A stretch of 64,000 nt of DNA from Planctomycetota bacterium (lineage in GTDB: Bacteria; Planctomycetota; B15-G4). The DNA is taken from positions 1-64,000 of the forward strand of contig JBBQUR010000018.1 in NCBI GenBank assembly GCA_038212275.1, read 5' to 3'. A program made the position numbers and the translations under genes. This document shows positions 40,151 to 58,378 of the stretch, piece by piece (the first letter of the stretch is position 1; each line of letters opens with the position of its first letter). Below the pieces are notes generated by a model. That model searched no databases. It was not told the DNA's origin and saw nothing but the letters and a program-made list of their open reading frames with translations.

Positions 40151-40815
40151 GACTGCTGCTCGCTCCGGCTGGGGACCTGCGGCGCGAAGTCGGCGTAACG
40201 GCCGCGATAGACCCAGGCCTTGATGCCGATGACGCCCTGCGGCGTGCGGGCCGTGGCGAATCCGTAGTCCACCCACGCGTCCAGAGTGGACAGCGGGACG
40301 CTGCCGACGGCGATCTTCTCGGTGCGCGCGATTTCCGCGCCACCGAGGCGCCCCGCCACGTTCATTTTCACGCCGAGCGCGCCCGCCTGCATGGTGAGCT
40401 GCGCGGACTTCTTCAGTGCACGACGGAAGCTGGCGCGACGCACGAGCTGCTCGGCCATGCTCTCGGCGACGAGCTGCGCGGAGAGCTCCGGCTTGCTGAT
40501 CTCGACCGTGCGGATCGCCACCGGCTTGTTGCAGATCTCGAACAGCTCCTCGTTGAGCTTGTCCACCTGCGCGCCGCGACGACCGATGAGCAGGCCCGGC
40601 CGCGCCGTATGGATGATCACCGTGACGCGCTCACGCGTGCGCTCGATGTCGATGCGCGGCACCGCGGCACCCGCGTATGTCTTCTTGATGAACTGGCGAA
40701 TCCGCTGATCCTCGAGCAGCAGCGCGGCAAAGTCCTTCTTGCCCGCGTACCAGCGGCTGCGCCACGGCTCGGTGATGCCGACTCGGAAGCCGATCGGGTT
40801 GACCTTCTGTCCCAT
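40147..40815 (-). CDS. rpsC: 30S ribosomal protein S3
   Basis: MGQKVNPIGFRVG and GRLGGAEIARTE motifs. Confidence 0.97.
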   Translation of the reverse strand: MGQKVNPIGFRVGITEPWRSRWYAGKKDFAALLLEDQRIRQFIKKTYAGAAVPRIDIERTRERVTVIIHTARPGLLIGRRGAQVDKLNEELFEICNKPVAIRTVEISKPELSAQLVAESMAEQLVRRASFRRALKKSAQLTMQAGALGVKMNVAGRLGGAEIARTEKIAVGSVPLSTLDAWVDYGFATARTPQGVIGIKAWVYRGRYADFAPQVPSRSEQQS

Positions 40816-40818
40816 CGC

Positions 40819-41331
40819 TCAGCCTTCCTTCTTCTTGGTCGATTTCCTGGCGGCGGCAGTCTTGCCCGCTGCCTTGCCGGCAGCGGCGCCACGCGCCTTG
40901 CCTGCGCCCTTGGCGCTCGAGGCAGTCGCGGCAGCGGACTCCGCCTTCGAGCCAGCCTTTGCCTTCGCATCGGGCTTCGCCATGAGGGCCGCACCCAACT
41001 CGATGTAGATGTGACTCGTGCGCTTCTTGATCGGCATGGCCCGTCCGCGTGAACCCGCACGCCAGCGGGCGGATCCACCGAGCAGCGGGCCCTCGTCCAC
41101 GCGCGCCAGCGAGACGCGCAGGTGATTCGGGTCGATGTTCGTGTCCTGCTCGGCATTGGCAACGGCGGAACGCACCACCTTGCCCACCATCACGGCCGCA
41201 CGCTGCGGCGAGTGATCGAGCACGACGAGCGCGCGGTTCACCGGCATTCCCCGGATCATGTCCACCACGAGGCGCGCCTTGCGCGGAGCGGTCCGCGCGA
41301 AGCGATGACTGGCCTTGTATTCGGTTGCCAT
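40819..41331 (-). CDS. rplV: 50S ribosomal protein L22 with Ala/Lys-rich C-terminal extension
   Basis: PRKARLVVDMIRG, SAVANAE and KRTSHI motifs. Confidence 0.96.
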   Translation of the reverse strand: MATEYKASHRFARTAPRKARLVVDMIRGMPVNRALVVLDHSPQRAAVMVGKVVRSAVANAEQDTNIDPNHLRVSLARVDEGPLLGGSARWRAGSRGRAMPIKKRTSHIYIELGAALMAKPDAKAKAGSKAESAAATASSAKGAGKARGAAAGKAAGKTAAARKSTKKKEG

Positions 41332-41634
41332 TTACTTGCTCGGTGCCGCAGGAGACGACGTCTTCATCGCCTCCTTCTTGTTGGTGTGACCGCGGAAGGT
41401 GCGGGTCGGCGCGAACTCGCCGATCTTGTGGCCCACCATGTCCTCGACCACATACACCTTCACGTGCGTGCGGCCGTTATGGACCAGGAAGGTGTGCCCC
41501 ACGAAGTCGGGCGTGATGGTGCAGGCGCGCGCCCAGGTCGTGATCGGCTCGCGCCGAGTCTCCTGCGACATGCGCATCACCTTCTTCTCGAGGTTGCCGT
41601 CCACGAACGGCCCTTTTTTCAGACTTCGACTCAC
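41332..41634 (-). CDS. rpsS: 30S ribosomal protein S19
   Basis: [10 protein letters not shown] and [13 protein letters not shown] motifs. Confidence 0.97.
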   Translation of the reverse strand: MSRSLKKGPFVDGNLEKKVMRMSQETRREPITTWARACTITPDFVGHTFLVHNGRTHVKVYVVEDMVGHKIGEFAPTRTFRGHTNKKEAMKTSSPAAPSK

Positions 41635-41646
41635 GGGTTACCTCGC

Positions 41647-42474
41647 CTACTTCTTGCGCTTGCGCACGATCATGCGGCCGGACGTCTTGCGCGGATTGCG
41701 CGTCTTGCCGCCCTTGGACAATACGCCGCTGGGCGAGCACGGCTCGCGACCGGCCCCCTGCCGACCCTCGCCGCCGCCGAGCGGGTGAGCGTAGGGCGAC
41801 ATCGCCGAGCCGCGCACGTACGGGCGCCAGCCCTTGTGCCTGTTGCGACCGGCCTTGCCGATGGACACCAGCGCGTGATCGAGATTGCCGACCTGGCCAA
41901 GCGTTGCGCGGCACTCGACGTGCACCTTGCGCATCTCGCCGCTGGGCATGATCACCGTCGCGTAGCTGCCTTCGCGCGACGCGAGGCGGATGACGCATCC
42001 TGCGGAGCGGCCGAGCCTCGCGCCGCGGCCCGGCTCGAGCTCGACGCAGTGGATCTCGGCGCCGAGCGGCATCTTCGACAGCGGCAACGCGTTGCCGATC
42101 GTGGGCTCGGCCTGCGGACCGGACATCACCTTGGCGCCCTGGACCAGCCCGAGCGGAGCGATGATGTAGTCCTTGCGCCCGTCGGCGTAGTGCAGCAGCG
42201 CGATGCTCGCGGAGCGGCCCGGGTCGTACTGCAGCTCCGCGACCGTGGCCGGCACTCCGTCGTGGTTACGACGGAAGTCGATCATGCGGTACATGCGCTT
42301 GTGTCCACCGCCGCGGTGACGCGAGGTGATGCGGCCGTGAGCGTTGCGCCCGTAATGGCGGCGACGCGTTTCGATCAGCGACTTCTCCGGCCCGCCCTTC
42401 GAGAGCGCTGCATCACGCAGCACGCTTCCGGAACGGCGGCCTGCGGAGGTCGGCTTGTACTTGACGATGCCCAT
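41647..42474 (-). CDS. rplB: 50S ribosomal protein L2
   Basis: [16 protein letters not shown] and HPLGGGEG motifs. Confidence 0.97.
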   Translation of the reverse strand: MGIVKYKPTSAGRRSGSVLRDAALSKGGPEKSLIETRRRHYGRNAHGRITSRHRGGGHKRMYRMIDFRRNHDGVPATVAELQYDPGRSASIALLHYADGRKDYIIAPLGLVQGAKVMSGPQAEPTIGNALPLSKMPLGAEIHCVELEPGRGARLGRSAGCVIRLASREGSYATVIMPSGEMRKVHVECRATLGQVGNLDHALVSIGKAGRNRHKGWRPYVRGSAMSPYAHPLGGGEGRQGAGREPCSPSGVLSKGGKTRNPRKTSGRMIVRKRKK

Positions 42475-42759
42475 TTACAGGAACTCCACCGTGTCGCCTT
42501 CGGCCAGTGTCACGACCGCGCGCTTCCAGTCGGGGCGCCGGAACTTGCGCGGCCCACGACCCTTGAACTTCCCGTTGCGCACCATCGTGCGCACGTTCAG
42601 CACCTTGACCTTGAAAAGCGTCTCGATGGCGCCCTTGATCTGGATCTTGTTCGCGTCGGGCGACACCAGGAAGGTGTAACCGTTGTGGGCCGTGGTGATG
42701 TCCGTGCCCTTCTCGGTGATGAGCGGCCGCCGCACGATGTCATGCGCGTCGTTCTTCAA
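42475..42759 (-). CDS. rplW: 50S ribosomal protein L23
   Basis: PLITEK, ANKIQIK and WKRAVVTL motifs. Confidence 0.96.
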   Translation of the reverse strand: MKNDAHDIVRRPLITEKGTDITTAHNGYTFLVSPDANKIQIKGAIETLFKVKVLNVRTMVRNGKFKGRGPRKFRRPDWKRAVVTLAEGDTVEFL

Positions 42760-43424
42760 GCGGCACCACCCTTCGCGGACGCACCCTGCAGGGCGGCGCG
42801 CTTCGACACGGTGAACCGGGACATGACGGCCGTCCAGGCATCATCCACCATCACGAGCTTGCGGTGAGCAAGCACCTGATGGGCGTTGAGGTCGCTCGCG
42901 CGCACGACCGAAACCTTCGGGATGTTGCGGAAGGACTTCCAGAGGTTGGAGTTGTCCGTCGGAAGCACCAGACAGACGGAACCATCGCACTCGAGAGCCT
43001 TGAGTGCGGAGGCGGCCAGCTTGGTCGACGGCTTGGTGAAGGCCGTGGAGGAAAGCGCGAGCACCTCGCTGTCCCGGAGCTTGCCGGAAAGCGCCGTACG
43101 CAGCGCCTCGCGCAATGCTTTGCGCGGCACCGAAAAGCCGAAGTCGCGCGGACGCGGGCCGAAGATGACGCCGCCGCCGCGCAGCAGCGGCGAGTTGCGA
43201 TCGCCGCGCCGGGCGTTGCCGGTGCCCTTCTGCTTGTAGGGCTTGTTCTCGGTGTAGTTGGTCTCGCCGCGCGTCTTGGTGCAGACGGTGCCCTGGCGCT
43301 TGTTGGCCTCGTACATGCGCACGACTTCGCGCAGCAGCCGGACCTTGACCTTGTCCCCGAGCGAGGCGCCATCCACGTTGGCCGTGGTGACCTTCCCGCC
43401 GTTCCAGTTCTTGACGGTGCTCAC
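42756..43424 (-). CDS. rplD: 50S ribosomal protein L4
   Basis: KPYKQKGTGNARRG and GGGVIFGPRPR motifs. Confidence 0.97.
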   Translation of the reverse strand: MSTVKNWNGGKVTTANVDGASLGDKVKVRLLREVVRMYEANKRQGTVCTKTRGETNYTENKPYKQKGTGNARRGDRNSPLLRGGGVIFGPRPRDFGFSVPRKALREALRTALSGKLRDSEVLALSSTAFTKPSTKLAASALKALECDGSVCLVLPTDNSNLWKSFRNIPKVSVVRASDLNAHQVLAHRKLVMVDDAWTAVMSRFTVSKRAALQGASAKGGAA

Positions 43425-44062
43425 GAGTTGCCACCCTTCGGCTGACGCGTGCTGAGCCGGACGAGGACGACACTGCCGTTGTTTCCCGGCACCGCTCCCT
43501 TGACCAGCATCTGGTTGGTTTCCTTGTCCACCGCGACGACCGCGAGGTTCTTGATGGTCACCCGTTCGTTGCCCATCTTGTTGGCCATGCGCTTGCCCTT
43601 GAGCACGCGCCCGGGGTGCGTGTGCATGCCGATCGAGCCGGGCTTGCGGACGTTGTCGCTGCCGTGACCCGCCGGACCGCGGCTGAAGTGGTGCAGCTTG
43701 ATGGTGCCCTGAAAGCCCTTGCCCTTGCTCGTGCCGATCACGTCGACGTAGCTGCCGACGGCGAACAGCGTGCAGTCGAGGACCGAGCCAACGGCCTGCT
43801 CACCCGCCGGGCCGCGCACCTCGCGGAGCGTGCGACGCGCCTCGACGCCGGCCTTCGCGAACTGGCCCGCGAGCGGCTTGGTGAGGAGCTTCGGGCGGAT
43901 GGTGCCGAAGCCGAGCTGGACGGCTTCGTAACCGTCACGCTCCATGGTCTTCACGGCCATGACCGTGTTCGGACCGAGATCGATGACCGTGATCGGGACG
44001 CGATTGCCGTCCTCGACCCAAGTCTGCGTCATGCCGCGCTTCTTGCCGATCAGCGTGTTCAT
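43421..44062 (-). CDS. rplC: 50S ribosomal protein L3
   Basis: GKKRGMTQ, SKGKGFQG and VKGAVPG motifs. Confidence 0.97.
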   Translation of the reverse strand: MNTLIGKKRGMTQTWVEDGNRVPITVIDLGPNTVMAVKTMERDGYEAVQLGFGTIRPKLLTKPLAGQFAKAGVEARRTLREVRGPAGEQAVGSVLDCTLFAVGSYVDVIGTSKGKGFQGTIKLHHFSRGPAGHGSDNVRKPGSIGMHTHPGRVLKGKRMANKMGNERVTIKNLAVVAVDKETNQMLVKGAVPGNNGSVVLVRLSTRQPKGGNS

Positions 44063-44064
44063 CG

Positions 44065-44373
<309 letters not shown>

Positions 44374-44607
44374 GCTCGCTCGAATCAACCCGTGGCACGC
44401 CGGGCGTGGCCACTTGCTGCGGGACGGATGTCGCTCTCCGCCGCGACAACCGCGCCGAAGAGTTGCCGGCCTTGCCCCCGTTCCAGGGCAGGTCCGGTCA
44501 CCTCGAATGGGACCGGGAGGGCCCGACTTCCACTTTGACGTGGAGGTCTGGTCACCGGTCAGTCGGATCCCCGTGAGGGAATTCCCATTCAGGGTGAAAA
44601 GCGGGCG

Positions 44608-44635
44608 ATTCTAAGAAGCGCCGTCTCCGAGTCAA
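44608..44635 (-). promoter_or_regulatory. Putative sigma70 promoter of the S10 operon
   Basis: TTGACT-N16-TAGAAT in an AT-richer patch, about 235 bp upstream of rpsJ. Confidence 0.7.
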
Positions 44636-44745
44636 AAAGAATCTTCGGGAAGTGCTGGATTCGAGACCCGGCAGCCGCCCGAAGGCCCCCCCGCTGCGGC
44701 GCCTCGGAGTTCGAGGACCGTGGGCGGCGGGCGACCGCCTTTCGC

Positions 44746-46800
44746 TCAGTTCAGCAGATCGCGGGCGATCCGGTCCGGCACGGGCTCGTAGGTGAGCGGT
44801 TCCACGGAAAACGTGGCCCGCCCCTGGCTGAGTGACCGCAGAGCGGTCGAGTAGCCGAAGATCTCCGACAGCGGGACGGAGCCCCGGACGATGGCCGGAT
44901 CGGCGTCGGTGACCAGCAGGCGCACCCGCGCCCGTCGGCCGTTGAGGTCGGCGTTCACTCCGGGCAGGAACTCCAGCGGGCACCGGATCTCGAAGTCCAT
45001 CACGGGCTCGAGCAGGACGGGCTGGGCGGCCGCGAGAGCCTGCTCGAAAGCCAGGTGTGCCGCATGCGCAAAGGCCGTGTCGTTGCTCCCTTGCTCGCGC
45101 ATGACGCCGCCGAGCAGCGTGACCCGGACTCCGGTGAGCGGGTAGCCGATCGCTCCGCCGCCGGCAACGGCGCTCTTGACGCTCGATTCGATCGCCGCGT
45201 GGAACTGCAGCGGCACCTGCTCCTTGTTCATCTGGTTCACGACGACGAAGGGCACCGCAGACGGGTCGGGCTCGATGCGCAGGCGAACGCCGGCATACAT
45301 GCTGCGCGTGGGCAGCACCTTGTCGAAAATCGCTTCGCCCTCCGCCGCCTGGCGGATCGTCTGGCGGTACGCGACGCGCGGCTCGCCCACGCGGATCTGC
45401 ATCTTGAAGTCGCGCTCGATGCGGTGTCGCAGGATCTCCAGGTGCAGCTCGCCGACACCAGAGATGAGCATTTCACCCGTTTCCGCGTGGTGCGACCACG
45501 TGAACGTCGGATCGTCGCGCGACAACAGCCCGAGCACGTTCACGAGCGCGTCTTTGTCCTTCACGCTCCACGGCTCGATGGACATCGAGATCACCGGCTC
45601 CGGGAAGTGCATGCCCTCCAGCACCACGGGCCGGGACTTCTCGCACAGCGTGTCACCCGTCGCAGAGACCTTGAGGCCCACGACGCCGACAATGTCGCCG
45701 GCTTCCGCGCGCTCGACCGCTTCCTTGTCGTCGGCGTGCATCACGTAGAGCCGGTTGACGCGCTCGGTCTTGTCCGTGCGCGGGTTCCACACCTGATCCG
45801 ACAGCTTGAGCGTCCCGGAATAGAGGCGCACGAAAGCCAGGTCGCCCTTGCTGTCCCACAGCGTCTTGAAGATGAGCGCGCAGAGCGGCCCCTTGGGATC
45901 GGGCGGCACCTCCACCGGCGCCTCGTCGTGCGGATGCAGGCCGCGCGCCGGCGCCGCCTCGGTCGGTGCGGGCAGGAAGGCCGCGACGGCATCGAGCAGC
46001 GGCTGGACGCCGATGTTGCGGAAGGCGGAGCCGCACAGGACGGGTGCGAAACTCGAAGCGAGCGTGCCCGCCTTGATCGCCGCCAGGACGGCCGGCAGCG
46101 GCGCCTGCTCCTCGTGCTGCAGGTAGACCTCGGTGAAGCTGTCCACCTCGTCGGCAAGCGTCTCGAGCAGCGTGTGCCGCGCGAGCTGCGCTTCTTCCAG
46201 CAGTTCTTCGGGAATGTCGCTCTCGATGATGTCCTTGCCGAGGCTCTCTTCGGTGAAGCGAAGCGCCTTCATCCGCAGCAGGTCGATGACGCCGCAGAAG
46301 GACTTCTCGGCGCCCCACGGGAGCTGCAGCGGCAGCATCCTCCGCTGCAGACGCTCGCCGGCATCCGCGACCACGCGATCGAAGTCGGCGCCGGTGCGGT
46401 CGAGCTTGTTCACGAACACGAGGCGCGGCACGGCGTACTTGTCGGCCTGATGCCAGACGGTTTCGCTCTGGGCCTGCACGCCTGCCACGCCGCAGAGCAC
46501 CACCACGGCGCCGTCGAGCACGCGCAGGCTTCGCTCCACCTCCACGCCGAAGTCCACGTGCCCGGGCGTATCGATCACGTTGATGCGGTGACCCTTCCAC
46601 GCGCAACTCGTCGCGGCCGACGTGATCGTGATGCCGCGCTCCCGTTCCTCGGGCAGGTAGTCCATCCGGGCTGTGCCCTCGTGAACCTCGCCGAGGCGAT
46701 GACCGCGTTCCGTGTAGAACAGGATGCGCTCGGTCAGCGTGGTCTTGCCCGCATCGATGTGGGCGATGATGCCGATGTTCCGGATGAGCGAGCGCTTCAT
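44746..46800 (-). CDS. fusA: Elongation factor G family protein (divergent, str-operon copy; 684 aa)
   Basis: [42 protein letters not shown] and LLEPVM motifs; domain IV loops not conserved. Confidence 0.92.
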   Translation of the reverse strand: MKRSLIRNIGIIAHIDAGKTTLTERILFYTERGHRLGEVHEGTARMDYLPEERERGITITSAATSCAWKGHRINVIDTPGHVDFGVEVERSLRVLDGAVVVLCGVAGVQAQSETVWHQADKYAVPRLVFVNKLDRTGADFDRVVADAGERLQRRMLPLQLPWGAEKSFCGVIDLLRMKALRFTEESLGKDIIESDIPEELLEEAQLARHTLLETLADEVDSFTEVYLQHEEQAPLPAVLAAIKAGTLASSFAPVLCGSAFRNIGVQPLLDAVAAFLPAPTEAAPARGLHPHDEAPVEVPPDPKGPLCALIFKTLWDSKGDLAFVRLYSGTLKLSDQVWNPRTDKTERVNRLYVMHADDKEAVERAEAGDIVGVVGLKVSATGDTLCEKSRPVVLEGMHFPEPVISMSIEPWSVKDKDALVNVLGLLSRDDPTFTWSHHAETGEMLISGVGELHLEILRHRIERDFKMQIRVGEPRVAYRQTIRQAAEGEAIFDKVLPTRSMYAGVRLRIEPDPSAVPFVVVNQMNKEQVPLQFHAAIESSVKSAVAGGGAIGYPLTGVRVTLLGGVMREQGSNDTAFAHAAHLAFEQALAAAQPVLLEPVMDFEIRCPLEFLPGVNADLNGRRARVRLLVTDADPAIVRGSVPLSEIFGYSTALRSLSQGRATFSVEPLTYEPVPDRIARDLLN

Positions 46801-46801
46801 C

Positions 46802-46846
46802 GCGATGTCCTTCCGGGCGATGTCCTTCCGGGCGATGTCCTTCCGG
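46802..46846. repeat. Perfect 15-bp tandem repeat x3 containing the fusA Shine-Dalgarno
   Basis: Minus strand reads (CCGGAAGGACATCGC)3-G-ATG. Confidence 0.92.
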
Positions 46847-47103
46847 CGAACGTCGGCGGTGCGCGACGCCGGGTGCAACGCATGGCAACCGGCGCCAGCC
46901 GTCGGCCCCACCGACACGATCGGGACGCCCGAGTGCCGCAGATGCGAGTCACCCAGGCACCGGTCTCGCAGGCACAGGCTTCGCGAGCGAGGGGGCTGCG
47001 CGCGGGGACGGCGTGCAGCGCGACGGCTGCTCTCAGCGCCCCGGCCGGCACCGGGCGCCGCGCGGAATGCCCGCAGCGCTGGATGTCGGCCATGAGTGAA
47101 CGA

Positions 47104-47577
47104 CTACCACGCGAAGTGGGCGTAGGCCTTGTTGGCCTCAGCCATCTTGTGCGTGTTCTCCTTCGTCGTGAAGGCAACGCCCTGCTGATTGAACGCGTCG
47201 TACAACTCCTCGGCCAGACGCCTGCCCATCGGCTTGCCCTTCTTCTTGCGGGCTGCCGAGATGATCCAGCGGATGGCCAGCGCCTGCTGGCGCTCGCGTT
47301 TGATCTCGTGCGGTACCTGCAGCGTGGCGCCGCCGACGCGCTTGCTGCGCACCTCGACGACCGGCTTCACGTTGTTGAGCGCCGTGCTGAACACCTCGAG
47401 CGGGTCCTGGTCCGGCACCTTGGTCGCGAGGCTGTCGATGGCGGTGTAGAACACGCCACGCGCAGCAGTCTTGCGGCCCTGGTGCATGAGGCAGTTGATG
47501 AACTTGCTCGCCAGCTTGCTCTGGTAGCGCGAGTCGGGCTCAAGGAAGCGTGCGGTGGATTTGAACTTGCGGGGCAT
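47104..47577 (-). CDS. rpsG: 30S ribosomal protein S7
   Basis: EVRSKRVGGAT and HKMAEANKAYAHF motifs. Confidence 0.97.
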   Translation of the reverse strand: MPRKFKSTARFLEPDSRYQSKLASKFINCLMHQGRKTAARGVFYTAIDSLATKVPDQDPLEVFSTALNNVKPVVEVRSKRVGGATLQVPHEIKRERQQALAIRWIISAARKKKGKPMGRRLAEELYDAFNQQGVAFTTKENTHKMAEANKAYAHFAW

Positions 47578-47613
47578 GCGTGGGTTTCTCTGCAGCGCGG
47601 GAAGCGCGAGGGA

Positions 47614-47988
47614 TCAGGTCTTCGGGCGCTTGGTGCCGTACTTGCTGCGGCTCTGCTTGCGATCCGCGGTCGACGCCGCGTCCATGGTGCCGCGAATGAT
47701 GTGGTAGCGAACGCCGGGGAGATCGCGCACGCGACCGCCGCGGATCAGCACGATCGCGTGCTCCTGCAGCGTGTGCTTCTCGCCCGGAATGTAGGCGGTG
47801 ATCTCCTTGCCGTTGCTCAGCTTGACGCGCGCGATTTTCCGCAGCGCGGAGTTCGGCTTCTTCGGCGTCTGGATCTTGACCTGCAGGCACACGCCGCGCT
47901 TGAACGGGCACTTGTCCAGCACGGGCGACTTGGACCGATTGGGAAGCTTGGAGCGACCCTTGCGGACGAGTTGGTTGATGGTGGGCAT
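47614..47988 (-). CDS. rpsL: 30S ribosomal protein S12
   Basis: [20 protein letters not shown] and DLPGVRYH motifs. Confidence 0.98.
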   Translation of the reverse strand: MPTINQLVRKGRSKLPNRSKSPVLDKCPFKRGVCLQVKIQTPKKPNSALRKIARVKLSNGKEITAYIPGEKHTLQEHAIVLIRGGRVRDLPGVRYHIIRGTMDAASTADRKQSRSKYGTKRPKT

Positions 47989-48166
47989 GAGAAGTCAGGC
48001 ATCCCGGACGCGGAAAACGAGCCACACATTCGATCAATCGAGCCCTCGCCGGTCAAGGCTGAGGGCTGCATTTCGGCGCGGACAGGCCTGTGGTCGGGCC
48101 CTGACTGACGCCCGTGGATGGCGGCAGGGCTCACCCTGCCCGCCCCCACGCTTCATGTTCCTGTCT

Positions 48167-52291
<4,125 letters not shown>

Positions 52292-52331
52292 GTGAGTGTT
52301 CCCCGTGGAAGTCGCGTGATCTGACCCGAGG

Positions 52332-56012
<3,681 letters not shown>

Positions 56013-56128
56013 GGGCGGTCCCTGAGCGGAGGAAGGGGTCGCGGATCAGCGGAGACGCAACGGAACGCGGATCGCACCTGTGAGGAGCGTCCGCGAGTCC
56101 GTTGCGGTGAGAAGAGCCGGGGAGGTGA

Positions 56129-56536
56129 TTACTTGACCTCGACGGTCCCGCCGTTCTCCTCGAGCTCCTTCTTGATCTTCTCGGCCTCGTCCTTGGTGAC
56201 GCCTTCCTTGACCGCCTTCGGGGCGGCCTCGACGAGATCCTTGGCCTCCTTGAGACCGAGGCCCGTGATGGCGCGAACGGCCTTGATCACCTGAATCTTC
56301 TTGTCGCCCGAGCCCGTGAGCATGACCGTGAAGCTGGTCTTCTCCTCGGCCGCGGCAGCGCCGCCCGCCGCCGGAGCAGCGGCCATCATCATTCCACCAC
56401 CCGCGGCCGGCTCGATGCCGTGCACGTTCTTGAGGTAGTCGGAAAGCTGCTGGGCATCGAGCAGCGTCAAGCCGACGATCGAGTCGCCGAGCGTCTTGAT
56501 GCTGGCCTTGTATTCCATGGTGGCTGCGTCGGACAT
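56129..56536 (-). CDS. rplL: 50S ribosomal protein L7/L12
   Basis: Ala/Gly hinge; KIQVIKAVR and [12 protein letters not shown] motifs. Confidence 0.97.
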   Translation of the reverse strand: MSDAATMEYKASIKTLGDSIVGLTLLDAQQLSDYLKNVHGIEPAAGGGMMMAAAPAAGGAAAAEEKTSFTVMLTGSGDKKIQVIKAVRAITGLGLKEAKDLVEAAPKAVKEGVTKDEAEKIKKELEENGGTVEVK

Positions 56537-56601
56537 GTCTGATTCTCTCCTTGAAGAGGCCGTCTGGGCCTCGCGCGCTTGAAAAGGGTTGAAGTGTCGG
56601 A

Positions 56602-57159
56602 TCAGGCCGAAGGGGCCTGAGTTTCCAGGTTCGTGACGTGTGTCTTGATCGCTCCGGCAATGCGGCTGCCGGCGGCGCGGATCTGGCTGTTCAGTCGGGC
56701 GCCCGGCGCCATGATCTGGGCAACGATGCGACCCTGGACCTCGCGCTTGCTCGGCATCTTGTCCAGGCGCTTGGCCTCGGCCGGCGACAGCACGACGCCG
56801 TCGAGCACGCCGCCCTTGATCACGGGCAGCTCGGCGCTCTTCTCCTTGCGCCATGCGGAGACGACCTTGCTGGCGGCAATCGCCACGCAGTCCACCGACT
56901 TGCCGGTCTCACCGACGATGATCGCGGCCGGACCGTCGAAAAAGCCTTCCGTGGCGGCATAGCCGCGCGCGGCCAAGACCCGCTTCGCCAGCGCGCCCTT
57001 CAGCACCTGCATGCGCAGGTTGCTCTCGGCGAGCTGCCGACGGAACTTGCCGTCGTCCTGCACGGACATGCCGAGCGGCTGGATGAAGAGAGCGTCGAGC
57101 TTGTCGCCGAGCAGCGACTCGTACTCGGCATTGATGGCGACATTCAGTGTGTTCGGCAT
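56602..57159 (-). CDS. rplJ: 50S ribosomal protein L10 (divergent)
   Basis: Between rplA and rpl[14 protein letters not shown] and MPSKRE motifs. Confidence 0.9.
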   Translation of the reverse strand: MPNTLNVAINAEYESLLGDKLDALFIQPLGMSVQDDGKFRRQLAESNLRMQVLKGALAKRVLAARGYAATEGFFDGPAAIIVGETGKSVDCVAIAASKVVSAWRKEKSAELPVIKGGVLDGVVLSPAEAKRLDKMPSKREVQGRIVAQIMAPGARLNSQIRAAGSRIAGAIKTHVTNLETQAPSA

Positions 57160-57181
57160 GGGATCTCTCCGTGGCGGCCGG

Positions 57182-57871
57182 TCAGGCCGCCGGCTCCACC
57201 AGCACGCCCGGGCCCATGGTGTTGGCGAGCGATACCTTCTGGATGAACTGTCCACGAGCCGACGCCGGTCGCAGCGCGTTGACCGCGCCGAGGAAGGCCC
57301 GGATGTTTTCGACGAGGTTCACGTCGTCGAAGGATTTCTTGCCGACAGGCGCGTGCACGGTGCCGGCAGCGTCAGCGCGGAACTCGATCTTTCCGGCGCG
57401 AAACTCCCGGACGGCCTTCTCGACGTCCGCCGTGACCGTGCCGGACTTCGGCGTCGGCATCTTGCCCTGGGGACCGAGCACCTTTCCGAGCTTGCCCACG
57501 CCACCCATCATGTCGGGCGCCGCGATGGCCACGTCGAACTCGGTCCAGCCGTCGCTGACCTTCTTGACGAGTTCGTCGGCGCCGACTTCGACGGCGCCGG
57601 CCTTGCGCGCGGCCTCCTGCTTGGCTGGATCCTTCACGAAGGCGATGACCCGGAGCGTGCGGCCGGTGCCGTGCGGCAGCGAGACCGCGCCTCGCACAGT
57701 CTGCTCGGTCTTCTTGGAGTCAATGCCGAGATTGACCGCGATATTCACGGTCTCGTCGAACTTCGGACCCTTGGCCTGCTTGAGGAGCTTGATGCCGTCC
57801 TCAAGGCTGTAGACCTTGCCGATCGTGACCAGCTTGCCGTTCGCGAGCACGCGCTTGCCTGTGGTGACCAT
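57182..57871 (-). CDS. rplA: 50S ribosomal protein L1
   Basis: KFDETV, VRGAVSLPHGTG and LGPQGKMP motifs. Confidence 0.97.
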   Translation of the reverse strand: MVTTGKRVLANGKLVTIGKVYSLEDGIKLLKQAKGPKFDETVNIAVNLGIDSKKTEQTVRGAVSLPHGTGRTLRVIAFVKDPAKQEAARKAGAVEVGADELVKKVSDGWTEFDVAIAAPDMMGGVGKLGKVLGPQGKMPTPKSGTVTADVEKAVREFRAGKIEFRADAAGTVHAPVGKKSFDDVNLVENIRAFLGAVNALRPASARGQFIQKVSLANTMGPGVLVEPAA

Positions 57872-57930
57872 GCTTGACTTCTTCCTTCAATCCCGGCCCG
57901 TCGGACCGACTCGATCTGTTCGCCTTCGAC

Positions 57931-58356
57931 TTAGCCTTCGACCCGAATGCCCATGGACCGTGCGGTGCCGGCCACCATGCGGGCCGCCGCATCCACGTCG
58001 CGCGCGTTCAAGTCGCGCATCTTGATCTGCGCGATCTCGCGCACCTGCGCACCCTTCACGGTGCCCACGTTCTCGCTCGCGGCAGCGCCCTTCACCACGC
58101 CGGCAGCCCGCTTCAGCAGGACAGACGCCGGGGGCGTCTTCATGATGAAGGTGTAGCTGCGGTCGGTGTAGATCGTGATCTCGACCGGGATGATGAGGCC
58201 CATCTGGTCGCGCGTGGCGTCGTTGTATTCCTTGACGAACTGCCCGATGTTCACGCCGTGCTGGCCGAGCGCAGGGCCCACCGGGGGCGCAGGCGTGGCC
58301 TGGCCTGCAGGCATCTGCAGCTTGACGAGTGCCTTGATTTCTTTCTTGGGTGCCAT
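57931..58356 (-). CDS. rplK: 50S ribosomal protein L11
   Basis: [18 protein letters not shown] and GTARSMG motifs. Confidence 0.98.
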   Translation of the reverse strand: MAPKKEIKALVKLQMPAGQATPAPPVGPALGQHGVNIGQFVKEYNDATRDQMGLIIPVEITIYTDRSYTFIMKTPPASVLLKRAAGVVKGAAASENVGTVKGAQVREIAQIKMRDLNARDVDAAARMVAGTARSMGIRVEG

Positions 58357-58378
58357 CTTTGTTGCTCCGCGGCTCTCG

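Noticed and set aside
46801..46917. fusA start at 46917 giving RKDIA repeats in the protein
   Set aside because: ATG at 46800 has a Shine-Dalgarno and matches the usual EF-G N-terminus; the repeats are better read as untranslated
48027..48056. rpsL promoter TTGACC-N17-TCGAAT
   Set aside because: The -35 is good but the -10 lacks the conserved second A; too weak to list as a feature
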